Assembly (NCBI GenBank): GCA_965197925.1
Contig: CBDAOC010000018.1
Span: forward strand, 290,407 to 354,406
DNA: 64,000 bases
Source of the DNA: Nitrososphaerales archaeon
GTDB lineage: Archaea; Thermoproteota; Nitrososphaeria; Nitrososphaerales; UBA213
Direction of reading: 5' to 3'
Positions 1 to 11,471 of the stretch are shown here, piece by piece (within the stretch, counting starts at the first letter, position 1; every line of letters begins with the position of its first letter). The translations under genes and the position numbers were made by a program. The notes under the pieces are model-generated. The model ran no database searches and had not been told where the DNA came from. It was given only the letters and a program-made list of their open reading frames with translations.

Positions 1-163
1 AAATACTCAACTCAGGATCTCGCAATGAATTAGCAATATCTTTCACGGTTTTTCGTATATTCCTAGGCGTTGTGAAATTATCACCCACACCATTTAGTAT
101 CTCCATTGATTTGGTACATCTTTCTACGTTTTCCTTCTCCTTTTGTTTCTTTGTTGTCAACAT
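1..163 (-). CDS. UPF0147-family small archaeal protein (5' part; runs off window start)
   Basis: Manual translation MLTTKKQKEKENVERCTKSMEILNGVGDNFTTPRNIRKTVKDIANSLRDPELSI; PRNIR motif typical of UPF0147; absent from ORF track because it is truncated. Confidence 0.7.
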   Translation of the reverse strand, partial: MLTTKKQKEKENVERCTKSMEILNGVGDNFTTPRNIRKTVKDIANSLRDPELSI

Positions 164-426
164 TATCACCCACAAAACAACTCTTAACCAATGATACTCA
201 CTTTAAATGTTTATTATCATAAAAGGTTTTAGAAAGTCCACTTTCATAGTGATGCTTTTCAAAGAAAAATTTCAAAATCTGTGGCAAAATTGTAGAAAAC
301 GAGGGTTATTTCCCATATACCAAAATACGCAAGCCTTAATCGGAGTTGGTGGAGGTTACTGGTAGGTTGAACATAGACGAGAAGAAAAAAAAGTATAGAA
401 ACTCATTATTAAAAAATAATGAGGAA

Positions 427-735
427 TTAGACCTCAACGTATACTGTATCACCCTCAACACTAACTTTATAGGATTCTGAATCTTTGATCTTTGCCGGAA
501 AAGCAATCAATTTTCCTGTAGTAACGTCCCATTTTGAACCATGCCATGGACATGTGACCTCTTTGCCTCCTAATTCCCCCTCGTGCAAATTTGCACCTGC
601 ATGTGTACAAATATCACCCATTGCATAGAAACTACCTTCAACGTTCGCCACGAGTATATCTATCCCTCCAGCCTCTACATGCACCATTTTTCCTGTTGGT
701 ATATCTGTTTTCTTTCCTACAACGACCTTAGCCAT
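427..735 (-). CDS. Rieske [2Fe-2S] ferredoxin
   Basis: CTH...CPWHG Rieske boxes in a 102 aa protein. Confidence 0.92.
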   Translation of the reverse strand: MAKVVVGKKTDIPTGKMVHVEAGGIDILVANVEGSFYAMGDICTHAGANLHEGELGGKEVTCPWHGSKWDVTTGKLIAFPAKIKDSESYKVSVEGDTVYVEV

Positions 736-772
736 ACAATCTTGTGTTGAAACTATTATTTATAAATTATAA

Positions 773-1630
773 CTACTCAACAATCAGGACGTTATTCCTT
801 AAACTTCCTAGATTTTCAATCTCAATGTCAACTCTATCACCATTGTGAAGAAACTTAGGATTTTCCATGAATGCAGCCACACCAGAAGGTGTGCCTGATG
901 CTATTATATCGCCCTGCTCTAATGTCATGACCATTGATAAACTTGCCACTATTCTATCTATCTTTATCACCATATTTTTTGTAGAAGAGTCCTGTCTTAC
1001 CTCATTATTCACTTTGGTAATAATACGCAGATTATAAGGATCCCTTATTTCATCTCTTGTAGTCAGCCAGGGACCACAAGGAGCAAAAGTATCAAAGCCT
1101 TTACTCTTAGTCCATTGGCTTTCTTTGAATTGAATATCTCTAGCTGATACGTCATTAAAGATCAAATATCCTAGTACGTATTCCATTGCTTCTTCCGGTT
1201 TTACATTCTTACATTTCTTACCCATTACAAATGCAAGTTCACCTTCATAATCCAATTGCGTGACGAAACTAGGACACACTATGCTATCACCACTACCAAT
1301 CAATGTCGTTCTTGGTTTCATAAATATAATGGGTTCATCCGGTGGAGTTGTGCCCCTTTCATTAGCATGATCAAGATAATTATATCCAAGGCAAATAATC
1401 TTGGATGGGTTTGATAAAGGGGGAAGAAACCTGTAGCCATCGATAGGCTCTGAAATGCTAACGTGATCATCCCTAATAGTTTCAATCCAGCCGCCAAAGA
1501 GAAATTCCTCTATATGCTCTGGTAGATTAATATTCAATTGCCTCCCCATGTCTTCTCTAGTCGTCAATTTATTACCATCAACTAATGCATAGGATTCCAA
1601 GGAAAGATGCTCTAGTCTAGCGATCTTCAC
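773..1630 (-). CDS. fumarylacetoacetate hydrolase family protein
   Basis: KIICLGYNY..H, DYEGEL, NDVSARD, KGFDTFAPCGP, GDIIASGTP motifs. Confidence 0.92.
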   Translation of the reverse strand: MKIARLEHLSLESYALVDGNKLTTREDMGRQLNINLPEHIEEFLFGGWIETIRDDHVSISEPIDGYRFLPPLSNPSKIICLGYNYLDHANERGTTPPDEPIIFMKPRTTLIGSGDSIVCPSFVTQLDYEGELAFVMGKKCKNVKPEEAMEYVLGYLIFNDVSARDIQFKESQWTKSKGFDTFAPCGPWLTTRDEIRDPYNLRIITKVNNEVRQDSSTKNMVIKIDRIVASLSMVMTLEQGDIIASGTPSGVAAFMENPKFLHNGDRVDIEIENLGSLRNNVLIVE

Positions 1631-1636
1631 ATAACA

Positions 1637-3343
1637 TCACCTGTGTGTTAGAATGGCGAAATTAGCAGAATCAATCTTGCAGAAACCAAATCTAATAAAC
1701 TGAATTCTATCGTCAAGATTTAACCTCGAAACGTACGATTCTGCATAACCCTTCACAATTTCCATGCTGGCAGGGTTGTACTCCTCGCCGATTAAGAGCT
1801 TTCTAGGAATCATAATAGTCAAGTTGATTGCATCATTTACGCTAACCCAATGTATTTTTGCAGTATCCCGTAACTCATCACCACTATATGTTCCAATTAC
1901 TTTATCCCCAACTTCATCAATCTTTACATTATACAAGTCGATCATTCTAATTTCAGATCCTACTTCCATCTTATTAACATCATCACCTGAAACATAAAAA
2001 GTGTCATGAATACTAATCTCCCTTAAACCCATATCTACATCTGGATGATTTTTAATTTTGATCTTTTTTGACGGGGCATTTCTGACCAGTAGAATGATTG
2101 GCTTTGTGACGAAAAATAGTCTTATAGAATGAGAGTCTATCATCTTCCTGTTAATAGATTCCAAGACATCAAACGGTGGTTTAGTATCTGCCTTCGTAAG
2201 CCCTAAAGTAAAAACAAACTTCCTTATCGCTTCAGGTAGAATCCCCCTTCGTTTCAACCCCATCAACGTAGGCAATCTTGGATCATCCCAGTTCTCTACT
2301 AGCCCTTGGTCTATCATTGGTTTTATCTTGCGTTTTGATACAGGCATACCATCAAAGTCCAACCTAGAAAATTCCATCATCATAGGTTTCCTTAATTGGA
2401 GTTTATCAATTATTGCATAATACAGTTCCTTTCGTAATTCATATTCTTTAGTCCGCATGGCATGAGTAACACCATCAACACTGTCCTCTATTGGAGCAGC
2501 GAAGTCATAAGTTGGCCATACTCTATACTTATGATCTTTCAGAGGATGTTCACTATCAATTATTCTGAACAGCGTTGGATCACGCATTGCTGTATTTTCG
2601 CTCTGCATATTACCTCTAAACCTTACAATGGCTTGATTGGATATATAGTCGGTGAACATCCTTTCCCATCTTTCAAAATTGTCTTCTTGATACACATTTC
2701 TGCACTTGCACTCAACACCATTCTTTCTGTTTTCTCTTATAGTATTAATGGCACATGTACAAACATATGCACCGTTTATCCCCAACATCTGGCCTCCATA
2801 ATTGTAAATCAATTCCATATCGTCTGAAGTGTTCTTTACTATGTGGGGTTTAACGCCAAGCCACTCTACTCCGTCTCTTATTGCGTCATAGTATTCCAGC
2901 TTCTCTTTCAAGGGATTGGTATCATCAAAACGCAGTATGAGCTTCCCATTATACATCTTGGCGTATTCTTCATCTAAGATTACAGCTTTTGCATGACCTA
3001 TGTGAGGATAACCGCTTGGTTCCGGTGGGAATCTTGTAACAACCTTACCCATTTCCGCATTTGGCAAGGGCGGAAGAACATTCTTCTGTTCTTTCCGAGT
3101 CTGATTGATCAATTCTGGGGCTATTGATTCTAGTTCCAATTTCTGTTCCTCAACACTTAACTTGTTTACATTGTTGACAATTATCTTGGTCTCCTCGAAG
3201 ATCATCGTGGCTTCTTTTCTAAATTCCGGTCTTAAACCAATAACTTTAGCCACTACTGTACCAGATTTGGCTTTGCCTTCATGGTCTACTGCATTTTTAA
3301 GTGCTAATTTTCTGACAAGACTCTTGACATATTCATCTATCAT
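1637..3343 (-). CDS. gltX: glutamyl-tRNA synthetase (archaeal)
   Basis: TRFPPEPSGYPHIGH, RFDDTNP, WPTYDFA, WDDPRLPTL, QFIRFGF. Confidence 0.97.
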   Translation of the reverse strand: MIDEYVKSLVRKLALKNAVDHEGKAKSGTVVAKVIGLRPEFRKEATMIFEETKIIVNNVNKLSVEEQKLELESIAPELINQTRKEQKNVLPPLPNAEMGKVVTRFPPEPSGYPHIGHAKAVILDEEYAKMYNGKLILRFDDTNPLKEKLEYYDAIRDGVEWLGVKPHIVKNTSDDMELIYNYGGQMLGINGAYVCTCAINTIRENRKNGVECKCRNVYQEDNFERWERMFTDYISNQAIVRFRGNMQSENTAMRDPTLFRIIDSEHPLKDHKYRVWPTYDFAAPIEDSVDGVTHAMRTKEYELRKELYYAIIDKLQLRKPMMMEFSRLDFDGMPVSKRKIKPMIDQGLVENWDDPRLPTLMGLKRRGILPEAIRKFVFTLGLTKADTKPPFDVLESINRKMIDSHSIRLFFVTKPIILLVRNAPSKKIKIKNHPDVDMGLREISIHDTFYVSGDDVNKMEVGSEIRMIDLYNVKIDEVGDKVIGTYSGDELRDTAKIHWVSVNDAINLTIMIPRKLLIGEEYNPASMEIVKGYAESYVSRLNLDDRIQFIRFGFCKIDSANFAILTHR

Positions 3344-4339
3344 CTATAAGGCCCTCTCAACAATGAAATCTGCGAGAGAGACTAGAGCATCCTTTGACTT
3401 TGAGCCGTCATATAATTTTAAAGAATCCATGGCCTTTGATACATATAATCTCGCCATTTTTCTTACATCGTGATCAATTCCAATACGAGAAAGAATATCT
3501 AGAACCGCCTTCAGTTCCGCGTCGGAAGCATTCTTCGAACCAAAGACATTAAGAATGATATTTTTTTCCTTAACCTTTGCTCTCTTGATTGTCATAAGGA
3601 TGGGTAAGGTTTTCTTTCCTTCCCTAATATCATTCCCAACGGGTTTCTTCGTTACTTTGGGATCGCCTACAATGCCTATAAGATCATCAACTAGTTGAAA
3701 AGCTATCCCTAGGTTTTTACCAAATACTCCAAGATTCTCAACATCAGCCTTATCCGCGAGTGCACACATCGCACCCAATTCGCAAGAAACAGAAAACAGC
3801 GCCGCTGTCTTTTTGCTAATCATATTGATATATTGTGATCCTGATGAAAATTTGGAGTTTAAAGCCATACCAATATCTAGTGCCTGTCCTTCACTCACTT
3901 CAATACAGCTTTGTGACAATTTGTAAACAAGTTGAGATATAACCTTGTCTGGCAAACCTCTTCTCTTTCCATAGTGTGCTACTGCTTGAAATGCCTTAGA
4001 AAAAAGAACATCCCCTCCTAGTATAGCTAATGGAAAACCGTAATACTTGTGCACTGTAGGAATACTGTGTCTAACTTCATCATTGTCCATTATATCATCC
4101 TGTACAAGTGTAAAATTATGTACCATCTCAATAGCAGCAGCTATAGGTAACGCTTGCTCTATTTTTCCTCCTAGCAATTCTGAGCTCTTTATTACTAAAA
4201 ATGGTCTCATCCTTTTCCCACCACTCCGTATGTAATGGGATGATGCCAGATACAGGTCTCTTGGTTCACCTTCAAGCATTGATAATATGAAGCTATTTAC
4301 ACGCGATACTGTCGACCCTAAATGTTGTTCTAGACTCAT
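3344..4339 (-). CDS. idsA: geranylgeranyl diphosphate synthase
   Basis: GGKRMRP, first Asp-rich motif DDIMD with Phe at -5, GQALD, second motif FQLVDD, GKKT. Confidence 0.92.
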   Translation of the reverse strand: MSLEQHLGSTVSRVNSFILSMLEGEPRDLYLASSHYIRSGGKRMRPFLVIKSSELLGGKIEQALPIAAAIEMVHNFTLVQDDIMDNDEVRHSIPTVHKYYGFPLAILGGDVLFSKAFQAVAHYGKRRGLPDKVISQLVYKLSQSCIEVSEGQALDIGMALNSKFSSGSQYINMISKKTAALFSVSCELGAMCALADKADVENLGVFGKNLGIAFQLVDDLIGIVGDPKVTKKPVGNDIREGKKTLPILMTIKRAKVKEKNIILNVFGSKNASDAELKAVLDILSRIGIDHDVRKMARLYVSKAMDSLKLYDGSKSKDALVSLADFIVERAL

Positions 4340-5409
4340 TTAAACCAATCCGCCAAAGGACCTGTCAACACATGTCTAGACCCTTTCAATGCTTTTACAT
4401 TTTCGGCTCCAACCAAATACATCGCGCTCTTTAATTCATTTAACAACAAGCTGACAAACTGCATAACAGAATCTTTGGAAATTGAAGCCTGTTTCAAGAA
4501 TGGTAGTGCCATTGCACACATATCAGCCCCTATAGAGAGGGACTTGGCTACTTCAAGACCATTTCTTAAACCTCCTGAAGCTATCAATGGCAACTCCACT
4601 GCCTTTTTAACTTCAATCAAACTAACTGCTGTAGGTATACCCCAATCCCAGAACATTTCTCCCAAATGCATTTTCAACTCATCACCCATCGATTCAGCTC
4701 TAAGCTTTTCAACTCCAGCCCAGCTAGTGCCTCCGGAACCAGCTACATTAATAGCCTTTATACCTATGACCTGCAATTTGAGTGCAACTTCCTTCGATAT
4801 ACCTGCTCCGACTTCCTTCGCAATAACAGGAACATTCAAGACCTTTACCAGGTCTGCAATTTTTTGATATACAGCTCTGAACACCGGCTCACCTTCTGGT
4901 TGTATTAGCTCCTGTAATGGATTAAGATGAACCACGAGTGCATCGGCATTTATCATATCGATTATCCGTGTCACCTCATCAACACTCAACCCTTTCGCTA
5001 ATTGTGCTCCTCCTATATTCGCAATCAGGAACGCATTAGGCGCATGTTCTCTTGCTATTGAATATGTTTCAGCCAGTGCCTTACTTTTCAATCCAGCCCT
5101 CTGGCTTCCCAAACCCATTCCTAACCCAAGTTCCTCAGCTGTTTCAGCTAATCTCTCATTGATCTTGGCTGCCTCGGGCGTACCTCCAGTCATGGAATCA
5201 ATAATCAATGGTGCACTGAAATTATGGTTCAGAAATGTAGCTGAAGTATCAATTTCATCAAAATCTAACTCTGGTAATGCATTATGGACAAGCCCAACAT
5301 ATTCCAGATAAGTTGACGTTGTCTTTGCTTGAACTTGTTTGTGTAATGGCACATTTAACCCATCTAACTTTCTCTGTTTAATTACATCAATATCTGTTCG
5401 TTCATTCAT
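4336..5409 (-). CDS. fni: type 2 isopentenyl-diphosphate isomerase
   Basis: SMTGG, GSQRA, HLNPLQE, KEVGAG, GGTSW, SGGLRNG. Confidence 0.97.
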   Translation of the reverse strand: MNERTDIDVIKQRKLDGLNVPLHKQVQAKTTSTYLEYVGLVHNALPELDFDEIDTSATFLNHNFSAPLIIDSMTGGTPEAAKINERLAETAEELGLGMGLGSQRAGLKSKALAETYSIAREHAPNAFLIANIGGAQLAKGLSVDEVTRIIDMINADALVVHLNPLQELIQPEGEPVFRAVYQKIADLVKVLNVPVIAKEVGAGISKEVALKLQVIGIKAINVAGSGGTSWAGVEKLRAESMGDELKMHLGEMFWDWGIPTAVSLIEVKKAVELPLIASGGLRNGLEVAKSLSIGADMCAMALPFLKQASISKDSVMQFVSLLLNELKSAMYLVGAENVKALKGSRHVLTGPLADWFK

Positions 5410-6164
5410 TCCCTTACACCCCTCACTATCGTACCTATCGCTTTTTTGTTATTCAAAGCCGTAACGATCCTATTAGGTTTCAATCCATTTACCATTAACA
5501 CATCTATGTTCATTCCTGTTATCTTAAATGCTTCCCTGATTTTTCTCTTCATTCCTCCCGTAACATCTCCAACCACATTATTGATGTTTGCCTGATCTTC
5601 GGTATTGATCTCTCTTACTACTTCTTTACTATTCATATCTCTGTAAACCCCATCTACGTTCAGAGCAAATATAACAACGTCAGGACTCAATTCCTTTGCT
5701 AGTATAGTCATCAGGACATCGCCGGAAAGAATGTAATATGAACGATCTACATAGTAGAGAACATCACCATATGTTATTGGTATAAGATTACTTTTTGCAA
5801 GTTCCTTTAGTTCATTAAGTTTTGTCTTTATGCTTCTTGTTCTATACAGCAGCGATGAGGGTGGTACACTATAAGGATTAAGTTTGTTTTTTACCATTAT
5901 ATTGATAATATAACTGTTGAGCTCGACCATGGCGCTCTTCACTACAGCTACACCATGTATATCGTATTTTGCTGGCTCCGTGTGCATGTCATACTTTATC
6001 GAATAATAATGCCCAAATGAACCGCCCCCATGCACTATTATCAATGGCATCTTTACTTTTCTAAGACACTTACTTATTTTCTCCAAAGCTTTTTTGTTTA
6101 CAGAAAGGGGTCTATCCTTGTATGTAATAACGGATCCTCCTAGTTTTAGAAGGGCTAGCCCCAT
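5406..6164 (-). CDS. ipk: isopentenyl phosphate kinase
   Basis: KLGGSVIT, HGGGSFGH, SGD, DVTGGM; directly upstream of fni. Confidence 0.93.
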   Translation of the reverse strand: MGLALLKLGGSVITYKDRPLSVNKKALEKISKCLRKVKMPLIIVHGGGSFGHYYSIKYDMHTEPAKYDIHGVAVVKSAMVELNSYIINIMVKNKLNPYSVPPSSLLYRTRSIKTKLNELKELAKSNLIPITYGDVLYYVDRSYYILSGDVLMTILAKELSPDVVIFALNVDGVYRDMNSKEVVREINTEDQANINNVVGDVTGGMKRKIREAFKITGMNIDVLMVNGLKPNRIVTALNNKKAIGTIVRGVRE

Positions 6165-6597
6165 TAAAATATAGCTCCTTCAAGAACACATTTAACGTTA
6201 TCTATTAGACCCGAGGATCTTTATTAGTCTGATCTAAATGACATCACAAGACCTTATTGAATTTCAATTGGGTTTTTGTTCCATAATAATTCAAAATCTG
6301 GTGAAAGGTATTTATCTGATCGTTATTTCTAAATTATATTCACCTCCGTTGGTTCCCGGGATATTTTGTCTTTTTATTAACAAAATCTATAATCGATCTA
6401 TGGATATGATAACCAATAAGATTCCTGACAATTCGTTATACCTACAAAATCATGTAAGAATGACACTATCAGTGGATATTTTATACCTGCAGTCCCTCAA
6501 AATGTCTAAAATATATTATATTAGATTGACACGGTTTAGTAAGTAGATTTACTTTTCTGCTTACATAATCAATCTTCTCGAAAAATGTAATGACTAA

Positions 6598-7641
6598 GAG
6601 CCTATCCTAAAATTCTATCTGATTGTTAACGATTGGTAGAAATGATAACATTTAGAATGCAAGAATACTAGTTCATACTGTCAGGTTTAGTTTTCTTACT
6701 ATTGATTTTATTAGTATTGTAGATAGTAGATACTAGAAACAGTTGCATTAACGTGTTTATGACACTACCAATATATCGCTCTATACACTATTAGGCAGTT
6801 AGCAAATTCTACTAGCGCCTGATAATTTTCCTTCTTCTCGAACCTTACCAATAACTTTCTGAACCTGTTATGCCAAGATGCGGTTCTTTCTACAACCCAT
6901 CTCTTTGCTTTGTACAAATTCTTTTTCAACACTTCACCCTTACGACGAATGTGATCCACATATCCCCTTCCTAACTCCATACTCTATCTCAGGGAAATCA
7001 TATCATATCCTATTCATGCATATGTTCTGTTTAACTTTGGGCCTATCAACAACAATGCTATCTATTGTAGGAAAGGCTGATTTCATATCGTGTTTATTTG
7101 CTCCAGTAATTACAGATGAGAGAGGAATACCTCTTCTATCAACCAGCATGTGACGTTTGGTACCTAGCTTGCCTCTATCCGTTGGGTTTGCTCCGGTCGT
7201 TTTCCCCCTAATGGGGCCTTCGGTACGCTATCCATGGATTGCCAGTCCCATCCTATACCCTTCAATTCATCATATATTTCCAGCAGCCTCTTCCATACCT
7301 TCTTGAATACTCCTATCCCAATCCATTCCTGAAATCTTGCATGGCAAGTTGAACCAGAACCAAATTCTTTAGATACCTTCTTCCACTGGCATCCAGTTCT
7401 TAATACGTACAGTATTCCATTCAACACTTTTCTAAATGGTACAGCTGGCCTTCCAACTGTTCTTGCTGGTTTCTCTGGTGGCAACACTAGTTTGAACTCT
7501 TCCCATAGATTGTCTGGTATATGCCATATGGTCGGCATGCTCTTTTTCTTTGATTTTCTCACAAATTTAGCTAGAGAGGACAGATCTAGATCTGTTTCGG
7601 TATAAACAATTAGGCTATGATGTTAATTTTAGGATAAGCTC
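6598..7641 (-). mobile_element. IS5-family (IS1031-like) element, copy A1, defective transposase
   Basis: TIRs GAGCCTATCCTAAAATT / AATTTTAGGATAAGCTC; TAA duplication at 6595-6597 and 7642-7644; OrfA 7164-7562 (LRTGCQW) with -1 frame OrfB (NPTDRGKLGTKRH...RWVVERT) broken by a stop/frameshift. Confidence 0.93.
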
Positions 7642-7717
7642 TAAATCAAATTTGTGGTAATAATGATCTCTTTGATCCTTCTATTAGTATTAGTAATTTT
7701 ATTATTCATAACTATCA

Positions 7718-8810
7718 GAGGCTTGGGCGTAATTTAGTTCGAAACGATAAGATCAGGTTCTAGTTTTTATTGTTGATATGTTTAGCTCAGACTCGATACT
7801 TCTTCATATATTATTTTTGATTGACGTGATTCGGACAAAACCTAATAGGAAAAGAGGTAGATCATTCTACTATTCTCCTACAGTTATGGTGAGATGCTTC
7901 ATCGTTAGAGTATGGATAAGAATACCAAGCAACAATGTGTTACATCAATACTTTTCGATAGACATGCCATACAACAGGAAGGTAATGAAGGCATGTGGTC
8001 TTGATAGGTTGCCAGACAGAAGAACATTCGACAGAAGGTCAAGGCCGTATCAATTGACATAAGATCAAGGATAGATGTTATGGGTGTGCTCTTCATAAAA
8101 GATGGGTTGGTAGACCCAGCCATAGTATCCGTTGACAGTTCATTGTTGAAAGCAAAGGGACATGTATGGCATAGATCAAACATGAAGAAGAACGAAGTAC
8201 CACGCTCCGGTATAGATACAGATGCTCGATGGGGATTCAGCAGAACCAAGGGATGGGTATTCGGATACAAGATGCATCTAGCATGTAGCACAGGTTCGTT
8301 GATAGTTCCATTATCAGCTGATTTCACAACAGCTAACATTACTGATAACAAGATGTATGAAAGCATAACATCTTCATTGCCTACAGGAATGGTAAGGTAT
8401 GTTGTAGGAGATGAAGGATATGATGATCACAAGTTATGTGATTTCAGCAGGTATAGAGGGCATCCAGTATTCCCATTGGAAAGGTACAAGCATACTACAG
8501 ATAATAATAGACTGGCATTGCTGCAGTTCTATCAATCTGAATTTAGACAGCATGTATATTCTCGGAGGAGCATAAGCGTTGAACCATTGATAGAGCAGAT
8601 AAAGGATGTATTTACCATTAGATCCATTACCAGTTAGAGGATTTGATAAAGCTAGGAGCATCGTTCTGATTTCTATATTGCTATACCAGCTGATGGTATA
8701 CTACAACTACTTGACAGGAAGACCATTAAGGGCATTGAAGCACATGTTGGGAAGTTAATCAATCAGAGGCATCAAGTTATTTTTGTTATATGGAATAATG
8801 CCCATGCCTC
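7718..8810 (+). mobile_element. DDE_Tnp_1-type IS (family uncertain, IS982/IS5-like), copy B1, frameshifted transposase
   Basis: Imperfect TIRs GAGGCTTGGGCGTAATT / AATAATGCCCATGCCTC; flanks AACTATCA / AACTATCT; ORF pieces 7778-8062 and 8080-8637 with VDSS, GYKMHL, GDEGYD, VEPLIEQIK; two more copies in window. Confidence 0.88.
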
Positions 8811-8977
8811 AACTATCTATTGAATAAATAATAATATCTATTGATCATTAAGTGCCATAAACAAATTAGAACGATATGCTGGATCAAATTAACCAAGGGT
8901 AAATCATTACAAACAAGCTGGATAGTAATGAACAAAAACAAAATTAATGAAGGAGACCTTATTTCTAATGATAGTTT

Positions 8978-9200
8978 GGCTCTGTAGAAACCATACAATA
9001 AAAAAAGTAAATCTATGCATGTTGTAGGCTATCATTCTGAACATCAGTCCCTATTCTACATCTTCACCAGTCTTGATGTTATATGCTCACTAAACTTCTC
9101 TTTATCACTGATAGTACCGCCTCATTCTTGTTTTTTTGATGGTATAGCCGTGTATAGAATCTCCTCTTCAGTTGCTTCCTTTATCTCCCATATGAAGCCT
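8978..9200 (-). mobile_element. degenerate 3' end of an IS5-family (ISH1-group-like) transposase with its terminal repeat
   Basis: Minus strand reads RKQLKRRFYTRLYHQKNKNEAVLSVIKR/FSEHITSRLVKM*NR/LMFRMIAYNMHR across stops and frameshifts, ending at GGCTCTGTAGAAA (8978-8990). Confidence 0.7.
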
Positions 9201-9662
9201 CAACTTTCTATGGTTTTACTTAAATAAACGATCTATGTATTCGAATTCCCTACGATAAAGAAATTGTTTTGTAATCCAAATATTATTAATTCTGTCAGCA
9301 AATTTTTGAACGGTTATATGCAGAGGAATATACAGCGCTTTAGTAGGGTCCCCATGTTAGTATCCCTATGATGCCAATCTACACATCTTCAAATAATAAA
9401 TTTCATTCTCTCTTTTACCTAGAAGGAAATTGCGATGTCATATCGCAAAGATATGATTTCTATTTTTGCAAATAGAGGCCCCCTCTTGTCTTTAATGCAA
9501 TATTAAAAGAAGTTTTATAGATATTGAACTAGCGGGATTCTTTTGTGAATTAAACATAAGGAATACCCTAATACTAGTTTTGATGTTACTTCAGAATCCT
9601 AACACTGAGGGTTATGGTTTTTCCAGAGCAAAAAATACTCCTCAATACTTGGTTTAGTAAGA

Positions 9663-10637
9663 TTAATCTACAATTAGACCATCGTATTCTATTTTTGCCA
9701 CAAAACCTCTATATCTTTTCATGAATTTCATTATCTTTTTCTTACAATGCTTGCTTGTTAACACTATAATACATCCACCACCACCAGCACCAGTTATCTT
9801 AGCGCCCAAGGCTCCATTTTTCAAAGCATTTTGTACTAAATTGTCTAACACAATTCTAGAAACACCTAATCTAGATAACAGACCATGGTTTAAGGTCATA
9901 AGCAAACCAATTTCTTTATAATCTTGATCATTTAACGCTTTTAGTCCACATAAAGTAATCTTTTCACTCTTGGTAGCCAAATCCATAAAGAGGTCATTAT
10001 TTCTTTCATGCTTTTGTTCAACTCTGGAAACCACCTTACCCGTGGTTCTTCTTATTCCTGAATTGAGAAGAATCAACTGCAAATCAATCTCTGAATTAAT
10101 AGGTTTCACACTCTTATTTTTGGTGTATAACATAAGCCCGCCATAAGTACAAATTGCAGAGTCTGCCCCAGATGGATTCCCATGAACCATTTTTTCTGTA
10201 TTTAATGATATATCACAGATTTTCTTCTTGCTTAACTGCCCAAAAAGCGCTCCTACGGCGCCTATGGTTCCTACAGAACAAGCCGCAGATGATCCGAGGC
10301 CTACACCCTGTTGAAATTCAGATCTGATACTTATGTCGAGTCCAACATTAGCATTAAATTCATTCATAGTATCAGTAGCGGCTGTCAGTATCGATTGTGC
10401 TAACGATTTAAAAGGTCTAGTCTGTATTTGCCTCCGTTCTTTCTGATCGAAAGAACCAGCAAAATCTATATTTGATTTAATTACAATTCTATCATCTTTT
10501 CTTATTTTAACATCAACATGAACTTTCTTATCAATCGAAGCCAATATTGCCGGTTTACCGTAGACCACAAAATGTTCTCCAAATAATATTACTTTAGCAG
10601 GTGCAATCGCTCTTGCATGATTTTTTATGGGATTCAT
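9663..10637 (-). CDS. mvk: mevalonate kinase
   Basis: APAKVILFGEHFVVYG, GLGSSAA, HGNPSGAD, KITGAGGGG. Confidence 0.96.
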   Translation of the reverse strand: MNPIKNHARAIAPAKVILFGEHFVVYGKPAILASIDKKVHVDVKIRKDDRIVIKSNIDFAGSFDQKERRQIQTRPFKSLAQSILTAATDTMNEFNANVGLDISIRSEFQQGVGLGSSAACSVGTIGAVGALFGQLSKKKICDISLNTEKMVHGNPSGADSAICTYGGLMLYTKNKSVKPINSEIDLQLILLNSGIRRTTGKVVSRVEQKHERNNDLFMDLATKSEKITLCGLKALNDQDYKEIGLLMTLNHGLLSRLGVSRIVLDNLVQNALKNGALGAKITGAGGGGCIIVLTSKHCKKKIMKFMKRYRGFVAKIEYDGLIVD

Positions 10638-11467
10638 GTAAAGATTATCGATCCGTAACCAACTACGGAATCCTTTTTATCAGTAATATCACCGCTTGTT
10701 GCATATTTCATTAATTCACCTTTCTTTGCTCCAAGAATTTTCGCAGCAAACATAACTGAGGCAATTGCTCCATATCCACATGTTGAAACTCGCAGTTTTC
10801 TTAACACCGTGTAAAATTTGTTAAGATCTAGGTCAAGTATAGTCTTAATCAATTCATTATCCTTCCTGTAGGCTACTTCATTGGGTTCATAGTGTGTAAA
10901 ATCAGAAGAAGCTATTAAAAGAGCGTTTCTATCCTTGCAAATTTCAGCTATTGCTTTTCCTACGTCTGAAGCGGTTTCCATATCCTGCATCCACATAATT
11001 ATTGGTAGTATTTTGAAATTTTCATAAACGAATTGTAGCATCGGTAACTGAACTTCTAAGCAATGATCTTCAGTGTGCGCAGAATCATCAATATCTACTA
11101 TTCCAGATATTTTCACAACACTCTCAGCGGCCCTGTCATCAACGCTTATAACACCTAAGGAAGTCTCCCAATAACACATACTCGTAGTTGCTACACCACT
11201 ACCTATACCGTAGTGATTTGGCCCGATCATTATTACTATATCAGTGTTCAGAGACGACACTGCATAATATGAATGCGCAGCTACCGACCCTGAATATGCA
11301 TAACCTGCATGAGGGCAAACCATCCCAATTATTTTTCTTTCATTATCAGTAGGGGGTTTCTTTCGTGGTCCGTAAGGGTGTGTAAAACAATTTTCAATCA
11401 TCTGTACTAATTCGTGCTTATTTGATGGATAAAATGATCCTGCTACGGCGGGTTTCCTAACCCGCAT
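10634..11467 (-). CDS. MEMO1-family protein
   Basis: RKPAVAGSFYP, PHAGY, GPNH, SSDFTHY. Confidence 0.93.
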   Translation of the reverse strand: MRVRKPAVAGSFYPSNKHELVQMIENCFTHPYGPRKKPPTDNERKIIGMVCPHAGYAYSGSVAAHSYYAVSSLNTDIVIMIGPNHYGIGSGVATTSMCYWETSLGVISVDDRAAESVVKISGIVDIDDSAHTEDHCLEVQLPMLQFVYENFKILPIIMWMQDMETASDVGKAIAEICKDRNALLIASSDFTHYEPNEVAYRKDNELIKTILDLDLNKFYTVLRKLRVSTCGYGAIASVMFAAKILGAKKGELMKYATSGDITDKKDSVVGYGSIIFT

Positions 11468-11471
11468 AAAT

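Noticed and set aside
6238..6546. 102 aa ORF in the IS-rich gap
   Set aside because: Composition typical of random AT-rich DNA; no motif
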